A DNA stretch of 64,000 nucleotides from Lama guanicoe. Lineage: Eukaryota. This document shows, one piece after another, positions 1 to 13,561 of this stretch. The notes under the pieces were generated by a model. It was not told the origin of the DNA and searched no databases. It worked only from the letters and a program-made list of their open reading frames with translations. Position 1 is the first letter of the stretch; every line of letters begins with the position of its first letter. The stretch lies in the NCBI GenBank assembly GCA_013239625.1, contig MU053881.1, forward strand, positions 15,368,373 to 15,432,372, written 5' to 3'. The position numbers and the translations under genes are program-made.

Positions 1-872
1 CCTCAGTTTCTCTTAGCCAGCCCCCAAAGGGAGAAGGGTGAGGACTCCAGCACCATGAAGTGGGGAGGTGGGGAGAAGAGCTCACTTCCTGGTCACTGAG
101 CATCTATGACTCCCAGGAGAAGTTCAGATGCCTGACTGAATTTCTTTCTGCTCCCCCATAAGACGGTTCCCAGTGTGGAGAAGAGTTGAACTTGCTGCAT
201 CCACTCCCTAGCCCTTCCATCCCACCAAGTCATCATTCTCTTTGATCCATGTCCTAGCCCCAAACCTGGAATATTAGAGTGGAGGCCACCATGCCTGAGA
301 CTCTTACAGTGGACAAGGATTTCGCTCAGAAGGCACCATGTTTATCCCCATTTCATAGCTTAGGCACTGAGCTGAGATCTCCCAGCCTGTTGCTGGATCC
401 AGATTAGAACCAGTTGACTTGGCTCATGCCAGCTTCCTGGTTTGGGAGTCTCTGGGCAAAGCAAACTCCTGGCCAAGTGCATAGAAACAGCCCCATTTTA
501 CCTTCTGGTCAGCTCTCCAGAAGGCACTCAGCAGAGCTTGTGTCCACCACCACCTCCTCTTTCCAGGCCCACTAGTTTTTCTTCAGTTCCTTTAAAAGTT
601 CAGCTCCCCAGAGTTCTGGTTTGGCTTGGGATCCACTGTGGCCCCTGAGTCCTCTTCATTTCAGCAGAAACCTCTTGTCATCTGGATTCCTCCTCAAATG
701 ATGGTAAGAGGAAGTTTGGGGAGGCTGGACTCTTAGTCCTTGACTCTTCGGAGGTCTCTGAGAGGCCCTCTTCCCACCTCCCAGTCACCTGGGACCAGAC
801 CCTCTACTATTCTGAGCTTCAGCTCCCCATCTATAAAATGGGGGTGAGGTAAGGCCAGCGCACCATGCCTCC

Positions 873-975
873 TTTTTTTTCGGGGGAGGATCAGGTTTAT
901 TTTTAAGTTTTTTAATAGCGGTAGTGGGGATTGAACCCAGGACCTCTACCAGTGAGCTACACACTCCCCCCACCC
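873..975 (-). mobile_element. tRNA-derived camelid-type SINE (Vic-1-like), internally deleted
   Basis: gggattgaacccaggacc (B box) and tgagctaca (A box) reversed, with a T-rich tail. Confidence 0.65.
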
Positions 976-1806
976 CCACCATGCCTCTTTTGATTCATCT
1001 GTTATTCCCAAAGGGCCTGGGAAACTGGACAGAGAAATAGGGGTCTACATGTGGACCCAGCCCTGTCCTGGGGCCAGAACTGGGTATTATTTCCGCATTT
1101 CTGCTGCTTGGGGTGAGGCGAGGAGGAAGCACAAAGATTGACCCAGGGTGGAGTGGGTAGGGTGGGGCAAGGAGTGGTTGATGAATGAATTTGCAAGTAG
1201 CTGAGGTGTCCAGCAGCAGGGAAGGAAGTAATTGCGGGAGATGGCCCATGAAATCTTTACTCACCCTCAACCTGGCCCCTGGGCCTGGTGTCTAGGATGG
1301 AGTAGGGACTAAGGAGCAGCTGGAGCAAGGGAGTGGGGGTTCCAGAGCCTTGATCTGCTGGCTGTTCCTAGAGCCCTAGAGCTCTGTGCTCCCATGAAAA
1401 CTCTGAGTTTAGCCATGGGGGACCTTCCAGGTACCTGGGGAAGAAGATAAGGGTGGATTCTCCCTGGATGCTCAGATGTGGATCTGTGCCACCCAACATT
1501 ATTATGTGCCAGACCTGTGTGAACTCTCAGGGACTCTGACTTCCTGTGATGTCCATTTTACAGACAAGGAAACTGAGTCCCAGAAGGTTTAAAAGAGCTG
1601 TCCAGCATGCTGCCTGGGTTGAACTGTTCCCTATATCCAGAGGGCTTCTAGAGCCCTAAAGCAAGAGGAGGGGGCAGGGAGGGTCCAACCTGGATTGGAA
1701 CCCTGACTGTGGGACTTCGGATAAGGAACTTGACAGGGCACCTCATTTTCTGAGCACCGACATGGTGCACTAAGTCCTCCAAGTCTCCTTAAACAGTGGG
1801 TGTTGA

Positions 1807-3680
<1,874 letters not shown>

Positions 3681-6331
3681 AGGTCATCCTTTGCCCATCA
3701 CCCACTGAAGTGATCCTCAGGAGGCTGAGAGAGAGGGGGCTTGGATGGAGCTGGGGCATCTGGAGAAGGGCAAGGCTTGTGGGAATAAAGCCCCTACTTT
3801 TCCTCTGTGGCATCCTGAGTCATTGATTCATTTGACAAACGTTTTTGAGTGCCTACTATGTGCTGGGGTCACAATGGGGACCATTTCTCCTGCCTTGTGG
3901 GGCCAACAGTCTCAAGGAGGAGACAGACAACAGCCAGGGGATCAAATGACATAATTTCAGATGTCGCTGGGGGCTGCAAAGTCACAGATTGGGGTTGTGG
4001 CTGGATCCCAGGGGCCCATGTGTCCAGGTTTGCTGAGAAGGTAGGGAGGTCTCTCCGTAAGGTGATATTTGTGCCTAGACTTGAAAGGGGAGAAGGAGCC
4101 ACCCTGGGGAAAACCAGGGAAGATGTCCCAGGCAGCAGGCGCAGCAAATGCAAAGGCCCTGTGGTAGGAAAAACTTGGAGTGTTTGGAAAAACAACAAAG
4201 AGGTGAGCAGGACCAGAGCCAAGTGAGGGAGGGGTCCGTGGGGCACCAGGTGGGCTATGGGAAAGAGTGTAAGTTTTAGCCAGAACTCTGGGGGAGATGG
4301 CAATGTGTTCTTGGGCAGTTCAGTGGCCATCTTCGACCATGGCAATGGGAAAAGCAGGCCCAGTTGGGGCTGCTGTGCGTTCCTGTCGGTGGGGCCAGAC
4401 AGCAAAATGGTGGGCTCACGCAGGCGCAGTTCCTCAGTTGACTTCCTGGTTAAGCGCTTGCGTACCAGGTGATAGCTGAGGTCCCACTGCTCAGTAAAAA
4501 TCCACCATTTCCATAGAAAATAGGATAAAACCATGAGGGAGTTTCTAGCCAGCATGTGCCAGAATTTGGCTGATCTTCCTTCAGATATTTAGGAGGGCAG
4601 ATCAACACGGGGAGTGGCTCTACAGGAGTCACGAATAGCCTGCGCAAAGGCTTGGAGGCTGGAAAGGGCTGGCAGCATGCAGAGAGCAGGGAGTCAAAAT
4701 GCTCCCCCTCCCCAATCCCCATTGTCTCGGTCCCATTTCCCAGGATCTGAGGCTGGGAGCCCACTTTCTCCTCTCCCATTGTTCAAGAGAGAAAGCTGAG
4801 TTAGAGGAAGGGGCAGGCCTGGGGCTAGGGACTCTGGGGAGTTGGGGTCTGTGGGATCTTCCTTCTAACGCCCCCCTCCACTGGACCTTCTAGGCTTCTC
4901 TAGCAGATTGGGAGACCGAGGCTTCAGGCTGGGTCTCAGCCATGCGCCTTGGCCATGACTCAGGCCTGGAGCTGTCCCCTCAGGGCTGGGTTTACCCCGT
5001 AGTGAAATGGGTGGTCAGAGAGTCTGGGGGTCAAGGTCATCCAGCACTTCTAGGTAAAGCCTGCCCAGGGAACGGTCATGCTCTAATGATTCTTGGGGGC
5101 AGAGGGGACAGCATGACCTCCCCAGCAGGCAGCGGGTCTGGTGAAACATTAACTTTTGGCAGCTTGGGAGGCAGCAGTAATACAGAAATCTCTTTGCCCT
5201 GCCCACAGGCCCCTTCACCCCACAGCCTCTCCTGATGGGGTCCCCCTGGTTCCTGCTGCAGCTCCAGTCCCCCACTGTTTGTGGAGGGAGTATTGACCAG
5301 AAGACCAAAGAGGGTCATAGATCTGCCTGGGGCGGCAGAGCATGGTGGGCAACTTTCTGGGAGCCTCTAGGGACCCCCAAAGGCCATCCTCAAACTCCCG
5401 AGGCCACAACTCCCAGGCTCTGCTGTGAAGCCCAGGTCCCAGACCCCAAGCTAGTAAAATCCTCCCGTGTTTACCTCAAAGCTGCCCCTCCCTCTGTTTC
5501 TCTCTCTCTCTCTCTAACTCTTTCCTCTTCTCTCTCTGGCCTTCCATGTTTCCATCTCCCTCCCTCTCTCATAAGCAAACATGGGAACAATTAAACTTAA
5601 CACCCCCTTTACTGGATTCCCCTCCCAAACCCACCGCAAGCACACTTGGTCATGCTCCTGGCCACTCTCTCTCTCGCACCGTCTTAGTGACAGCCTCACA
5701 CTCTCCCAGTCACTCTGCCTGCCACCTCCTGGCTTGGCCCCAAAGGTAGTATGTGGGTGTGTCCTGCTCAGGCCTGGCACTCATCTAGTTAAGGGGCTCA
5801 CTGGGGCGGGGACCCTGGGCCACCTCTTAGGCAGGCTTAGTCCGCCCCTCCCCTGCTCCTGCGAGGTCACAGGACTCAGGCAGCACTCAATGGTGGCAGT
5901 GAGCTTCGGGTCTACCCAGGCCTCACAGAGCTTTTGTGAGTTTTGAGGGTTCTCAGGGGTTGGTCTGGGGTCCCTGAACCCTCCAGAGCTGGGCTGGAAG
6001 CTGAATGGATCCTCCACGGGACTCCTGGGGCCAGGGGACTGCTTCCTGAGGGTCCTAATGCTCCAAGGCTGCTGACTCCGGCAGGGGGAAGGGAGGGGAC
6101 TTGGGGAATGTGTGGGGGGACCAGGCCTGCTGCCCCTGGATGGAAGTCCCACACTGGTGCCTGTGGTCTGGCCCAGGCTACCTTGATTGAGGGCCTGCGG
6201 GCCCCAGAAGAGGGTGCGGGATGTGGGAGTGGGCTGTCTGTCTAGGAGGGTCTCACAGGGGCATAGAGGGGATCCCGGAGCCTGGAGGTCTCACGTCCAT
6301 CTCCCCAGGTTCAGAGCCACCTCATGCTGCC

Positions 6332-6373
6332 ATGAGGCGCAACAAAACAGAACTCTCCTTCCCGCTAAGTCAG
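6332..6373 (+). CDS. PDE4C: PDE4C alternative N-terminus A, first coding exon (MRRNKTELSFPLSQ); exon 6309-6373
   Basis: Acceptor ctccccag|6309, gccATG at 6332, donor CAG|gtgagc at 6374, phase 0. Resembles the recalled mouse Pde4c start MRRSGTALSF. Confidence 0.7.
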
Positions 6374-7864
6374 GTGAGCAGTAGGGGGTGGGGGGTGGCT
6401 GAAGTGGGGTTGTTTTGTCCAGGCCATGGGTGAGGGGATCCAGTACTTGGAAACACCCAGAGCTGCCTGGGGACCCACTTCCAGGTGGGGAAACTGAAGC
6501 CCAGAGAAGCCACAAGAGGCTGAGGCTCCATTTGAGTATCTAGCCCAGGGCTGCAGCCATTGCTCTGGGGAGCAAGGGGACCAGCGGTGGGGGCGGGGGC
6601 AGCAGGGACTGCTTGGGTCTGGATGCAAGGTTTTTGGTTGCCCAAGAAAAGGGGCCTGGGTGCTCTCAGCCCAGGGCAGGGAGGGTGTAAGGCCAGACAT
6701 TTGAGGCTGGGCCAGTGGCCCCGTTCTGGGAAACTGAGGTAGGAGAAAAAGAAGGTAGTGAGCGGAGAACCAAGCAGGAGCTGAATCCCAGGCTGATCAC
6801 CGATGCCTGAGTGGCTGGTAACCTCTCTGGAACTCTAGATGCTCATATGAAAAAATGGGCTAAAATTATGTGGCCAAGAGAAGTGAGGATGAGCTGGTCC
6901 CTTGCAGCAGGCAATGTCCCACATGCATTAACTCCAAGCGCTAGCTGTCTGCTGGAGGAGGAGAAAGATAAGGGTAGCCCCAGTTTATGGATGAGGAAAC
7001 TGAGGCACAGAGAAGCTCACCCTCCCTCAAGGTAAGTGGCTGAGCGAGGTTTGAACCTGAACCTTCAGGACGCTTGTCTGTGCCTTGAACCCCTGTGCTT
7101 GAGCTGAGCCCCTAACTGCTCCCCACTCCCAGACACTCCCTGGCCCACCTCTTTAACGTGGTAGGTGATCAGATAGCCCCAGTGAACCCCAGCATCTTGC
7201 TCCCTCCCCAAGCTGCACCTTCCTCTTCTGCAAAGTGGGGACCCCCCTGACACTCCCCCAAAACACTCAATTTACAGCATCAATCTTTCCATTTGTACAT
7301 GGAGCACCTACTCTGTGCTGGGTCCAGCACTGGGCCTGGAGGATGTGGAGGCTCATAGGCTGGCAGACAGATGTTAAACCAAGAGAAAGGATAATATGTG
7401 GGGGTGGGTGGGTGAGTGAGTGAGGCTGTCCAGGCTGGGCAGGAAGGGCTTCTCTAAGGTGGTGCCATTTGAGTTGAAGAATGGATGAATATAAGCAGCT
7501 AGTCATGGGGAGAACTGGGGGAAGGGCATTCCCTGCTGAGGGCACAGCTTGTGCTAAGGTCCTGAGGCAGGTTTAAGGAGCAGCTAGACGAAGACAAAGC
7601 TGGTGAGCCTGGGGCAGGTTGAATGAGGGGAGATGGAGGAAGGTGAGAGGCAGTGGAAGGCAGAGACTGGGGCACGTGGAGCCTAGGCTGCAATGAGGGG
7701 TGTGGATTGTGATCTAGGGGTACTGGAAGCCACGGGAGGATTAGGAGCAGACAAGGGACAGATTTAGGGTTTGTCTTAGAGGCAGGACTTGGTGTCACAG
7801 CCAGAGCTAACACATAATAGGATTTCAGGGAAAGGAGAGATGGGCAAATCAAAGGACAGCTTCT

Positions 7865-8057
7865 TGGGGGAGGGTATATATAGCTCAGTGGTAGAGTGTA
7901 TGCTTGGCATGCATGTGGTCATGGGTTCAATCCCCAGTACCTCCATTTAAATAAATAAATAAATAAACCTAATTACCCCTTCCCCAAATAAAAGTAAATA
8001 AAATAAAAAGTAAAAGAAAAAAGGCTGGACCAAAAAAATTTTTTTAAAAGTAAGTAA
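7865..8057 (+). mobile_element. tRNA-derived camelid-type SINE (Vic-1-like)
   Basis: tagctcagtggtagag...gggttcaatccccagtacctcc, (TAAA)n tail, target-site duplication GACAGCTTCT at 7855-7864 and 8058-8067. Confidence 0.85.
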
Positions 8058-8494
8058 GACAGCTTCTCAGTCTCCCTGAAATCCCTTTCTCACCCAGGGC
8101 CTCTCCCCCCCTCCCCCCTCCCCAGCTTCCCGACAGGCCTTCCACCTCATCCCCACTCCAGCCTCACTGCAATTAGTCTGGAGTGGCAGGTTGATTAACA
8201 CTGCAGCTGAGAGGCACAGAGGACACTCCTTTCCCCTGCCTGCATCTCTGAGAGCCCCTTGTCTTTACCCTACCCTCACTCCAGATGGGAATGGAGCAGC
8301 TGGACTGGATCCTGGGAATCTGGGCTTGCTGAAGAACCCATTACCTAACCCATGGCAGGTGCTGTCAACCGCTCCCCAAAGGGCCTGTCTTGTCTGTTCC
8401 ACCCCAGCCAGACCCCCCACAAGCCCAGACCAAGCTGCTTCCTCTGGCTCCCCTAGGGGATCATGTGTTGCTCACCCAGATCTTAGTGCTTCCT

Positions 8495-8616
8495 CTCTTT
8501 TTTGGGAGGTTAGGGGAGGTAATTAGGTTTACTTATTTTTTTAATGGAGGTTCTGGAGATTGAACCCAGGACCTCTTGCATGCTAAGCACATACTCTACC
8601 ACTGAGCTATACCCTA
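8495..8616 (-). mobile_element. tRNA-derived camelid-type SINE (Vic-1-like)
   Basis: gattgaacccaggacctcttgcatgctaagcacatactctaccactgagctataccc. Confidence 0.85.
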
Positions 8617-9299
8617 CTCTTTTGGTGCTTTGTTTCAAATCTTCCTTATCCAAGGTAATGGTGGTCCCACCCACCCAGAGAACTATGTGACTAGTGGCCC
8701 ATCATGATGACGAGTTTCCCTTTAATCCCTGTGAACACCCCTTGGCCATGGCTTGTCTCTCAGCCTCTGAAACATGTCCCAAATCCACTCATGGGCCCCA
8801 CCCTGGCCCATAGCCCACCCAAATGCCCCAGCCTCTATGCTGCCCTCAATGTTCCTCACTCTCTGGTGCAGACACAGAAAGTTTCTTAAAATCATAAAGG
8901 AAATTGCATCCCTTGAAAGCCCTCACTGCACTCCCAGAACAAACCCCTAACTCATCACCCCAACTCTGAGACCCAACATCAAGTCCTCACCAACTCATAT
9001 CACCACACTCCACTCTAACTTCCCCTCCATGTTCATCTAACCTACCAGCTTGTTCCCACCCCAGGGCCTTTGCACATGCTGTCCTCTCTGCTGGTAAGCT
9101 ATTTCCCTAGCTCTTTCCTGCTCAAAGTCATCTCCTCAGCAAGGCCCATAACCACGCCTGTGCAACATGATTGGTCCCTCCTCCAATCACTTTCCATGCC
9201 CTTACACAGTTTAATTTTCTTTCTAGCACTATGTGGACTATCTTTTCATATTTGTTGAATGAGTAAATGAATTCATATAAATGTGGGCATATGGCTTTC

Positions 9300-9341
9300 C
9301 CATTTGGAACTCAGTTTTCTCCATTTGGAACTCAGTTTTCT
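9300..9341. repeat. Perfect 21-bp tandem duplication
   Basis: CCATTTGGAACTCAGTTTTCT x2. Confidence 0.9.
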
Positions 9342-10019
9342 CCAGAAGAAAACAGGCAGGTGACATCTCAATGGGCCTCCTGTTCTGGGAGAAACCCACT
9401 GCCTCCACACATCCCACCCTCAGTTATCCCTGCACATCCTCCCAGCTGCCAGAAATCCTCCCTGGGGAGGCCTAGTGTGGAACACTTGCATTTCTGCCTT
9501 AGAATTCAGGTGCCCCTGGTAGAGGGTGGTGACAGTATTGCTCAAAAGGTATATGTATGTGGGAGCAGCTAGGTGTCCTGGGTCCTAAAAGGATCAGATC
9601 TGTGCAAAGAGTTGAGGGGAGGGGAGAGGGGGATTGAGTGGCCCCCAGCAGTGTGACCCTGAGCAAGTTGTATCCTCCCCGAGATTTGATATCCTCCTCT
9701 GTGAAGCAGGAATAAAAGAACCCACCTCAAAGAGAGGAAACGAACATAGAAGAGGTTCAACTGATGTCCCCTTCTCTCACCTTCTTCCATACTCTCCTTG
9801 CCCTGGCTTTAGCCCTGATTACCCTTGTGGTCTTGGACCTCAGTTTCTCCATCTGCATATTGAGTCTGATGGTGGAGACAGACCCATTTGTGAGGTGCAG
9901 GGGCAGAGCGGGAGAAGGCTGGCTCTGAGCTCCACCTCTCCCACATCCCCATTTGTTCCTTTGGCCTACACTCCTACTCCGGTGGCGGTGGGTTCTGGTT
10001 TCGTTGCCACTTCCTTAGA

Positions 10020-10040
10020 GTCAGCACTGGGGACAGCTCC
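10020..10040 (+). promoter_or_regulatory. Canonical RE1/NRSE (REST) motif
   Basis: GTCAGCACT-GG-GGACAGCTCC versus consensus TTCAGCACC-NN-GGACAGCGCC. Confidence 0.7.
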
Positions 10041-10955
10041 CAGCCTGCGACTGGCACATATTCCTTGATCTTTCTATCATCAACCCCACGGGATCTGTAT
10101 CAATTTAATCACCAGTTCACAGATAGGGAAACTGAGGCATGCTTGCCCTAGATCGCATGGCATGGATTGAACCCCTATCTGTTGGGCTGGAGAGCTCACA
10201 CCCCTAACTCATCAGTTCATCTTGGTTCTGTTTGATTTTTAAATGTCTCAAGTGTTTACCCAGAGCATGCTTGCAATCACCAGCTCACTGAATTTTCCCT
10301 ATTCGGTCCTTCCTTCCAGAAGTGAGGTACTAAATCTCAGAATCCAGAATTCCATCTCCACCATTTACTTACTAGCTACAACCTTGGGCAAATTACTTAA
10401 CCTCTGAGCCTCAGTTTTCTTGTTTGTACAATGAGAATAATTGTATCAAATGGCATCATCATGCCCTTGTGAGCTAATCCATGAAGGATCCTCAGAACAG
10501 CACCTATGTGGAGTGAGTATGCAAGAAATTAGCTGTTGGTACCCTCATTATTTGCTCGTTTACTTACTTCATGCCTCATCTTTATATTTTAATAAATAGT
10601 ATAGTATGATAGAATAAAATTACAGTTCATATTATTATAAAAAACAGTGGTATATCTGATATAATGTAATAAATAATGAACATACTGTGAAATAATTGAT
10701 TGATAAATATTTTTGCAATGTTTACTGTGAGCCAGGAACTATTTATATCCTGCAAGATTGAGATCCACATCCCTATTTCATAGATGAAGAAACTGAGGTT
10801 CAGAGAAGGAAATTCACTCTGAGAGAAAGTAGGACTGAGCTCTCTGGGTCAGTTCAGGAATCTGGGTAAGGGTATCTCAGAGCCACATGGTCTCCAGGGT
10901 CCCAGAGAGACCCCATGCCTGGGAACTTGCTCATGTTTTGCTGTTGTCTGCCCAG

Positions 10956-11161
10956 GCAGTCCTGAAGTCAGTGGATTCTGGCTTGTCTCCCATGAGCCCC
11001 CTTGGAAGTTGCGTCATTCAGAGATGCTTCTCAGGGACCCCATTGCTGCCACCACTGTCAAGCCGCCTTGGGACCACTGGAGAGGTGGAGCCCAGTGCCT
11101 GTGTGGTGTTCACCATCGAGGCTCGAGGGACAGAGCAAAGCCACGACCTGGCCCCAGGCAG
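10956..11161 (+). CDS. PDE4C: PDE4C alternative N-terminus A, second coding exon (AVLKSVDSGLSPMSPLGSCVIQRCFSGTPLLPPLSSRLG...)
   Basis: Acceptor tgcccag|10956 in phase 0; donor AG|gtgaga at 11162 in phase 2, which joins common exon 22904 in frame (S-FDLENG). The LPPLSxR motif is shared with PDE4B1/PDE4D7-type N-termini. Predicted isoform 727 aa. Confidence 0.75.
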
Positions 11162-11229
11162 GTGAGAAAACAGATGGGCATGAAGGGGGCCAGTCCCAGG
11201 AGAGGGAGAGTACCTCTTCTACCTTTCTT

Positions 11230-11870
11230 TAACTTATTCAGAAAACATTTATTAAGAACCTACTGTGTGCCAGGCCCTGTACTGGGGACACAGCCATGGG
11301 CAAGCAGGTGTTCACAGGCTGATGGCAGAAGTAGACTCATAACATCTGGAGAGATCTCTAGAGGACTCTTCTGACCCACCCTTGGGGGCTAGGGGGTGAG
11401 GAAGTACTGCTTGGAAGAACTGGCATCTAAATCTAGCCTAAAGGATGAAGAGAACTCAGCCAGGAGGAGCACAAGGAAATGTATGCCAATTAGAAAAAAA
11501 CAGAACATGAAAAGTCCTGGTCTCAGGATCAGGTGCATGAGAAGTTGAACATAGATCAGTGTGGCTGGAAGGTGGGAGGGGAGCCTGGGGAGATGGTCAA
11601 TGGCTTGACCACACAAGACCACATGGAGTGTAATGGGAAGCCATGGGTGGGTTTTCAATGGAGGAAGTTGATCAGATTGGCATTTAAAAAAATTTCGTGT
11701 GGCTGCTGTAGGGAGGACTGTCAGGAGCAGGGGTAGAAATAGCAGGAGCCCAATGAAAAGGCTGGGACAGTCCTGGTTAGGAGATTGTGGTGCCTGGGCC
11801 AGGGTGGGAGCCATGGGCTGGAGAGAAGTAGGCAGATTCAGAAGTTATTTATGAAGTAGACAAACCAGGC
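11230..11870 (-). mobile_element. L2 fragment; other L2 pieces at about 2500-2900, 3820-4240, 7280-7790, 15350-16230 and 32530-33030, plus many MIR cores throughout
   Basis: catttattaagaacctactgtgtgccaggccctgt is a typical reversed L2 3' end. MIR cores appear as gcctcagtttcc / gaaactgaggc. Boundaries are approximate. Confidence 0.65.
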
Positions 11871-12757
11871 ACTGGTGGATACCAGCAGAGGGTAACAGAG
11901 GGTAGGGACTGGTGGACAGCTCCTGGTCTTTGATCCTTCACTTGTGACATCCCTTTTCATCCTTGCGGCAGTGCCAAGAGGTGGGAACACTATCATTACC
12001 CCAATTTTCCAGAGTAGAAAACAGGTTTGGGGAGGCGAAGTGACAGCTAGCCACTGGCAGTACTCATATCCCCCATCACTTGACCAACATGTCTCCCACT
12101 GTCAGCTTTGGAGGGCAGGGACTGAGCCATGAGTGTAATGGGCAGAGAGGAATCACTTGTTTTGCATCACTCAGCAAGACGTGATAGTATTGGGGCTTGA
12201 GTTCAATTTGTCTGACTTGCTGGCCCAAGTATTTTCCATTTCCAACCTGGGGACACAACTCATGTAGAGGATAGACAATCTGCATGGGAATTATCCTTGA
12301 GATATACTTCTGAGCCCTCTGAAAATATTATGGCTCTTTCTGCCCCAAATCTGCTGCAGCAAGTGGCCCCAAATACCTCCCTGCCCCAGCCCACACCCAC
12401 GCACCCAGCCCTGCTCTTGTCCATGTCTACTTCTGTTAACTGTGGTGGAAAATGTTCTCTCCCTCCATTTGCCAGGAAATTACCCCTGAGATTAGAATGC
12501 CTGGTGGGCAGGGCCTTGAGCTTCTAGAACTAGGGAAGGGAGGGGCAGGCCTGGGAGTTGAGAGCAGGAATTGTGGCTGTGAGGTGGGGCCCAGGGCGTC
12601 ACAAGGCAAATGATATCCTGCTATTTCTTCTGAGGGTCTGGGCGTCTGTGTGGCTATAAAACAGTGTCCCTCTCTACCCACCCCCACTGTCGGCAACCCT
12701 GACAGGCTTCTGTGCGCCTACCCCAGGCATGGGAGGGCCCTACCACAGCCCTCCCCT

Positions 12758-12777
12758 TTTCTCGAACTTTCTCGAAT
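12758..12777. promoter_or_regulatory. Perfect four-pentamer heat-shock element
   Basis: tTTCtcGAActTTCtcGAAt = nTTCnnGAAnnTTCnnGAAn. Confidence 0.6.
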
Positions 12778-12970
12778 CCCTGCCCTGCGTGGATGGGAGT
12801 TTTAAGATTCCAAAGAGACCCCATCTGGAGCTGAACCGCTGAGCCTATCTTCCTGAGCAGAGAGACTGCTATCTGTGCCTACTTCTGAAGACCAAAGCCC
12901 TGGATTCTGCTTCCAGACTCCTCTTTGCTACAGTCACGGGGGAAGGTTAAGGACTCATCCCTACTCAGCT

Positions 12971-13524
12971 TTCAGCACCTCCTGGGTGGACGGCGCACTG
13001 GTCTGGGGTCACTCCTGAACCCTTGTCTGTCTCTGGGCCGGCCTTCAGCACCGACAAGTCACGGACAGCTCCTTTCTGTCTCAACCACCCGGAGCCCCTG
13101 AATTTACTACGCCCTTCCCTTTCGTCATCAGGAGTAGAGTCAGTGCCTTGGTTCTGGGGGTCTCCCGAGCCCCTTTCCCTGCTCTCCATTCGGCAGCAAC
13201 CAGGAGGACAGTTTCTGTCTTCACTCCATGTCCATGTCTTGACCCTATTTCGTTCAGCACTGGAAGGGACGGCAGACCATTCTTGGCGCTGGGGGTCGCC
13301 CCAGCCCCTGTCTCCAACGCCCGCGCCAAAGTTCTTTCCCTGCTATCTATCCTTCAGCTCCATCTCAGCACGGACAGCTCCTCAGGGTCAGCCCCACCTT
13401 GAGCACCTATTTCTACCTTCTCCCGCCTCAGCACCTCCGGCGCGGACAGCTCCTCGCTGTCGCCTCCAACCCCGGCTCTGGCCCCATCCTGGCTCAGACA
13501 CTCCTTGCTACCGAGGACCGCTCC
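12971..13524 (+). promoter_or_regulatory. Cluster of split (non-canonical spacer) RE1/REST motifs upstream of PDE4C exon B
   Basis: Left half TCAGCAC[C/T] and right half GGAC[A/G]GC recur in the same orientation five to seven times; details under findings. Confidence 0.65.
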
Positions 13525-13561
13525 CACTCCCTGCTCTCTGCCTGCTCCACGGCTCTGGCGC

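Noticed and set aside
3869..4555. 228-aa minus-strand ORF
   Set aside because: Largely L2-derived sequence, with no splice or domain support.
7865..7945. tRNA-like A and B boxes (also at about 920, 8560, 56930 and 60450)
   Set aside because: These are SINE copies with A-rich tails, several with target-site duplications; no tRNA acceptor stem.
12971..13524. Repeat-spacer appearance resembling a CRISPR array
   Set aside because: Mammalian DNA with short, irregularly spaced motifs and no cas genes; better explained as transcription-factor sites.
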